A DNA stretch of 64,000 bases, from the NCBI GenBank assembly GCA_003224855.1, contig QHZY01000011.1, positions 2,602 through 66,601 on the forward strand. The letters run 5' to 3'. The DNA is from Acidobacteriota bacterium. Its GTDB lineage: Bacteria > Acidobacteriota > Terriglobia > Terriglobales > Acidobacteriaceae. The position numbers and the translations under genes were made by a program. The notes beneath the pieces are model-generated. The model saw nothing but the letters and a program-made list of their open reading frames with translations, made no database searches and was not told the DNA's origin. Shown here piece by piece: positions 62,861-64,000 of the stretch (position 1 is its first letter; the number at the start of each line of letters is the position of its first letter).

Positions 62861-64000
62861 CTGCACATATCAATTGAGCGTGCCTTCGCATCCATAGTAT
62901 CGAGCTGCATCAGCCTTTTCCCATCGTCGCTGATGTAAAACACGAAGTGGTCCACGGTGTTCTCTTCCCCGCTGATTGTCCACCGGATGGTGTTGTGATC
63001 GACGTCTGCATTCACTGCGAGACAGTTATCCACGCCGCTCTCAATTTCTGTGCCCTCCTCGTAATCGTTCCAGGTCACAAGCTGAAGGGCATCGAGCTGG
63101 CGAGACGGGCCGAAGTGATCGTTTGCCCTGGCAAAAGTTTTCAGCCAGGTCTGGCCGCAATCCTGCTTCATCACCCGGTTCAATCCCCAGGACGCCATCC
63201 TGTCATCAAAGCCTTTGTAAGCCGCTCCTATGGTCAGCAACTGACGATGGGCTAAACCCGCTTCATAGAATTTGTTCAAATATCCCATTCCCAGATCGTT
63301 CGTACTCGGTCGGACCCAGGCGTAGCTGCCGCTCGAAAGCGGATGCGAGAAACCGTCGGCGTCTTCAAAGATCAGGGCTGGCGGGCTTGCCAAATCGGCA
63401 ATCGCGCGTTGCCATTCGATTCCCGGGAAATGATGATCAATATCAAAGTTGGTGATTACTGGACGGCCATCCACCCGCAGGTAAGATTGAGATGACGTGA
63501 ACGTTCGTTCTGCATAACGCATTTGTTCGCTTAAGGCCTGCTGCGGACTGCATCCCTCGCACGAACTGAGCTTGATGGCTCCCTTATCCACCATGATTGC
63601 GAAGGTAAATCCAGGATGCCGCTCCACCTCTTTCACAAATCGCAATGCTGTTTCATTTGTAAATAGATCGCGAAAGCCATACCAGTCGATAATCACACCG
63701 TCAATCCCGCGGCTGATCATGTCCTCAATCTGACGGCGGATCTGTTCCGGATCGTGGGAGTTGTAGCCTGCGTCGATGTGCCTTGGATCGCCCCACCAGG
63801 GCATCAGATGCGCGTACACCCGTGTGGTCGCACCGGAATAAAGCAAGGAATGAACGTTTACCTTGCTTACATGAGTGGAACCCATGTTGCCGTTGCTGGA
63901 ATTTCTAAACCGGTCTGCTGCACTGGTGTTATTGGATAATTGCTCTTGAAGTGTTGTCGTGGGCTTGATCTTCACCTTCTGACCAGCTGAAAGCTGAGGC
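62800..64000 (-). CDS. putative glycoside hydrolase (TIM-barrel, GH99/GH71-like guess); 5' end may lie beyond the window
   Basis: IDGVIIDWYG and LVTWNDYEEGTEIE motifs resemble endo-mannosidase/glucanase-type barrels. The frame stays open upstream of GTG 63975 to the window edge. It overlaps the GT4 3' end by 61 nt. Confidence 0.45.
   Translation of the reverse strand, partial: PQLSAGQKVKIKPTTTLQEQLSNNTSAADRFRNSSNGNMGSTHVSKVNVHSLLYSGATTRVYAHLMPWWGDPRHIDAGYNSHDPEQIRRQIEDMISRGIDGVIIDWYGFRDLFTNETALRFVKEVERHPGFTFAIMVDKGAIKLSSCEGCSPQQALSEQMRYAERTFTSSQSYLRVDGRPVITNFDIDHHFPGIEWQRAIADLASPPALIFEDADGFSHPLSSGSYAWVRPSTNDLGMGYLNKFYEAGLAHRQLLTIGAAYKGFDDRMASWGLNRVMKQDCGQTWLKTFARANDHFGPSRQLDALQLVTWNDYEEGTEIESGVDNCLAVNADVDHNTIRWTISGEENTVDHFVFYISDDGKRLMQLDTMDAKARSIDMCSYSLGGGAIPGRTVSPRVFV

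Noticed and set aside
1-64000. Searched by eye for tRNA/rRNA/tmRNA/RNase P/SRP motifs, CRISPR repeats, transposase/integrase/recombinase genes, toxin-antitoxin pairs and known defence-system enzymes
   Set aside because: None was recognised. The window looks like core chromosome rather than an accessory or defence island, so no such feature is reported.

Overview
This is a moderately GC-rich, densely packed bacterial chromosomal segment. About 65 protein-coding genes are supported, mostly with short gaps or ATGA/GTGA start-stop overlaps. All function calls come from motif recognition by eye; no searches were run. Protein styles suggest an Acidobacteriota-like genome (inference only): a CarboxypepD_reg-type TonB-dependent receptor, a TIGR03436-like VWA protein, several ECF sigma factors and a sigma-54 activator. 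I found no rRNA, tRNA, CRISPR array, transposase, integrase or prophage signal, and nothing resembling a known defence island. Housekeeping content: mutL (5' partial), cmk, mltG-ruvX, carD, greA, aroK, a contiguous asd-lysC-dapB-dapA-dapD lysine block, RNase J, a threonine-dehydratase-like PLP enzyme, and uppP. Envelope and regulatory content: two SPFH modules, two AI-2E transporters, two paralogous ECF sigma factors (only one with an anti-sigma partner), a four-gene sigma-54 sensory operon, a LuxR-type response regulator, YciE/CsbD stress proteins, two tandem GT-C-like membrane proteins, and a glycan-related cluster at the 3' end. The most system-like items are: (1) a pyrimidine/hydantoin uptake and degradation island whose only redox enzyme is a luciferase-like (Mer/F420-type) oxidoreductase, where a dihydropyrimidine dehydrogenase would be expected; (2) DapA with an in-frame Cys/His-rich C-terminal extension; (3) a UdgX-type (KRRIH loop) uracil-DNA crosslinking glycosylase; (4) an orphan ECF sigma factor followed by a degenerate nucleotidyltransferase/LbH protein translationally coupled to a STAS protein. 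Several genes (a small membrane protein, the TonB receptor, uppP, the threonine dehydratase) have conserved N-terminal coding signal in a different frame from, or upstream of, the first canonical start codon. That pattern points to real pseudogenisation, non-canonical starts, or indel errors in the assembly. I see no compelling evidence for a wholly new multi-gene system, and the candidates are scored accordingly.
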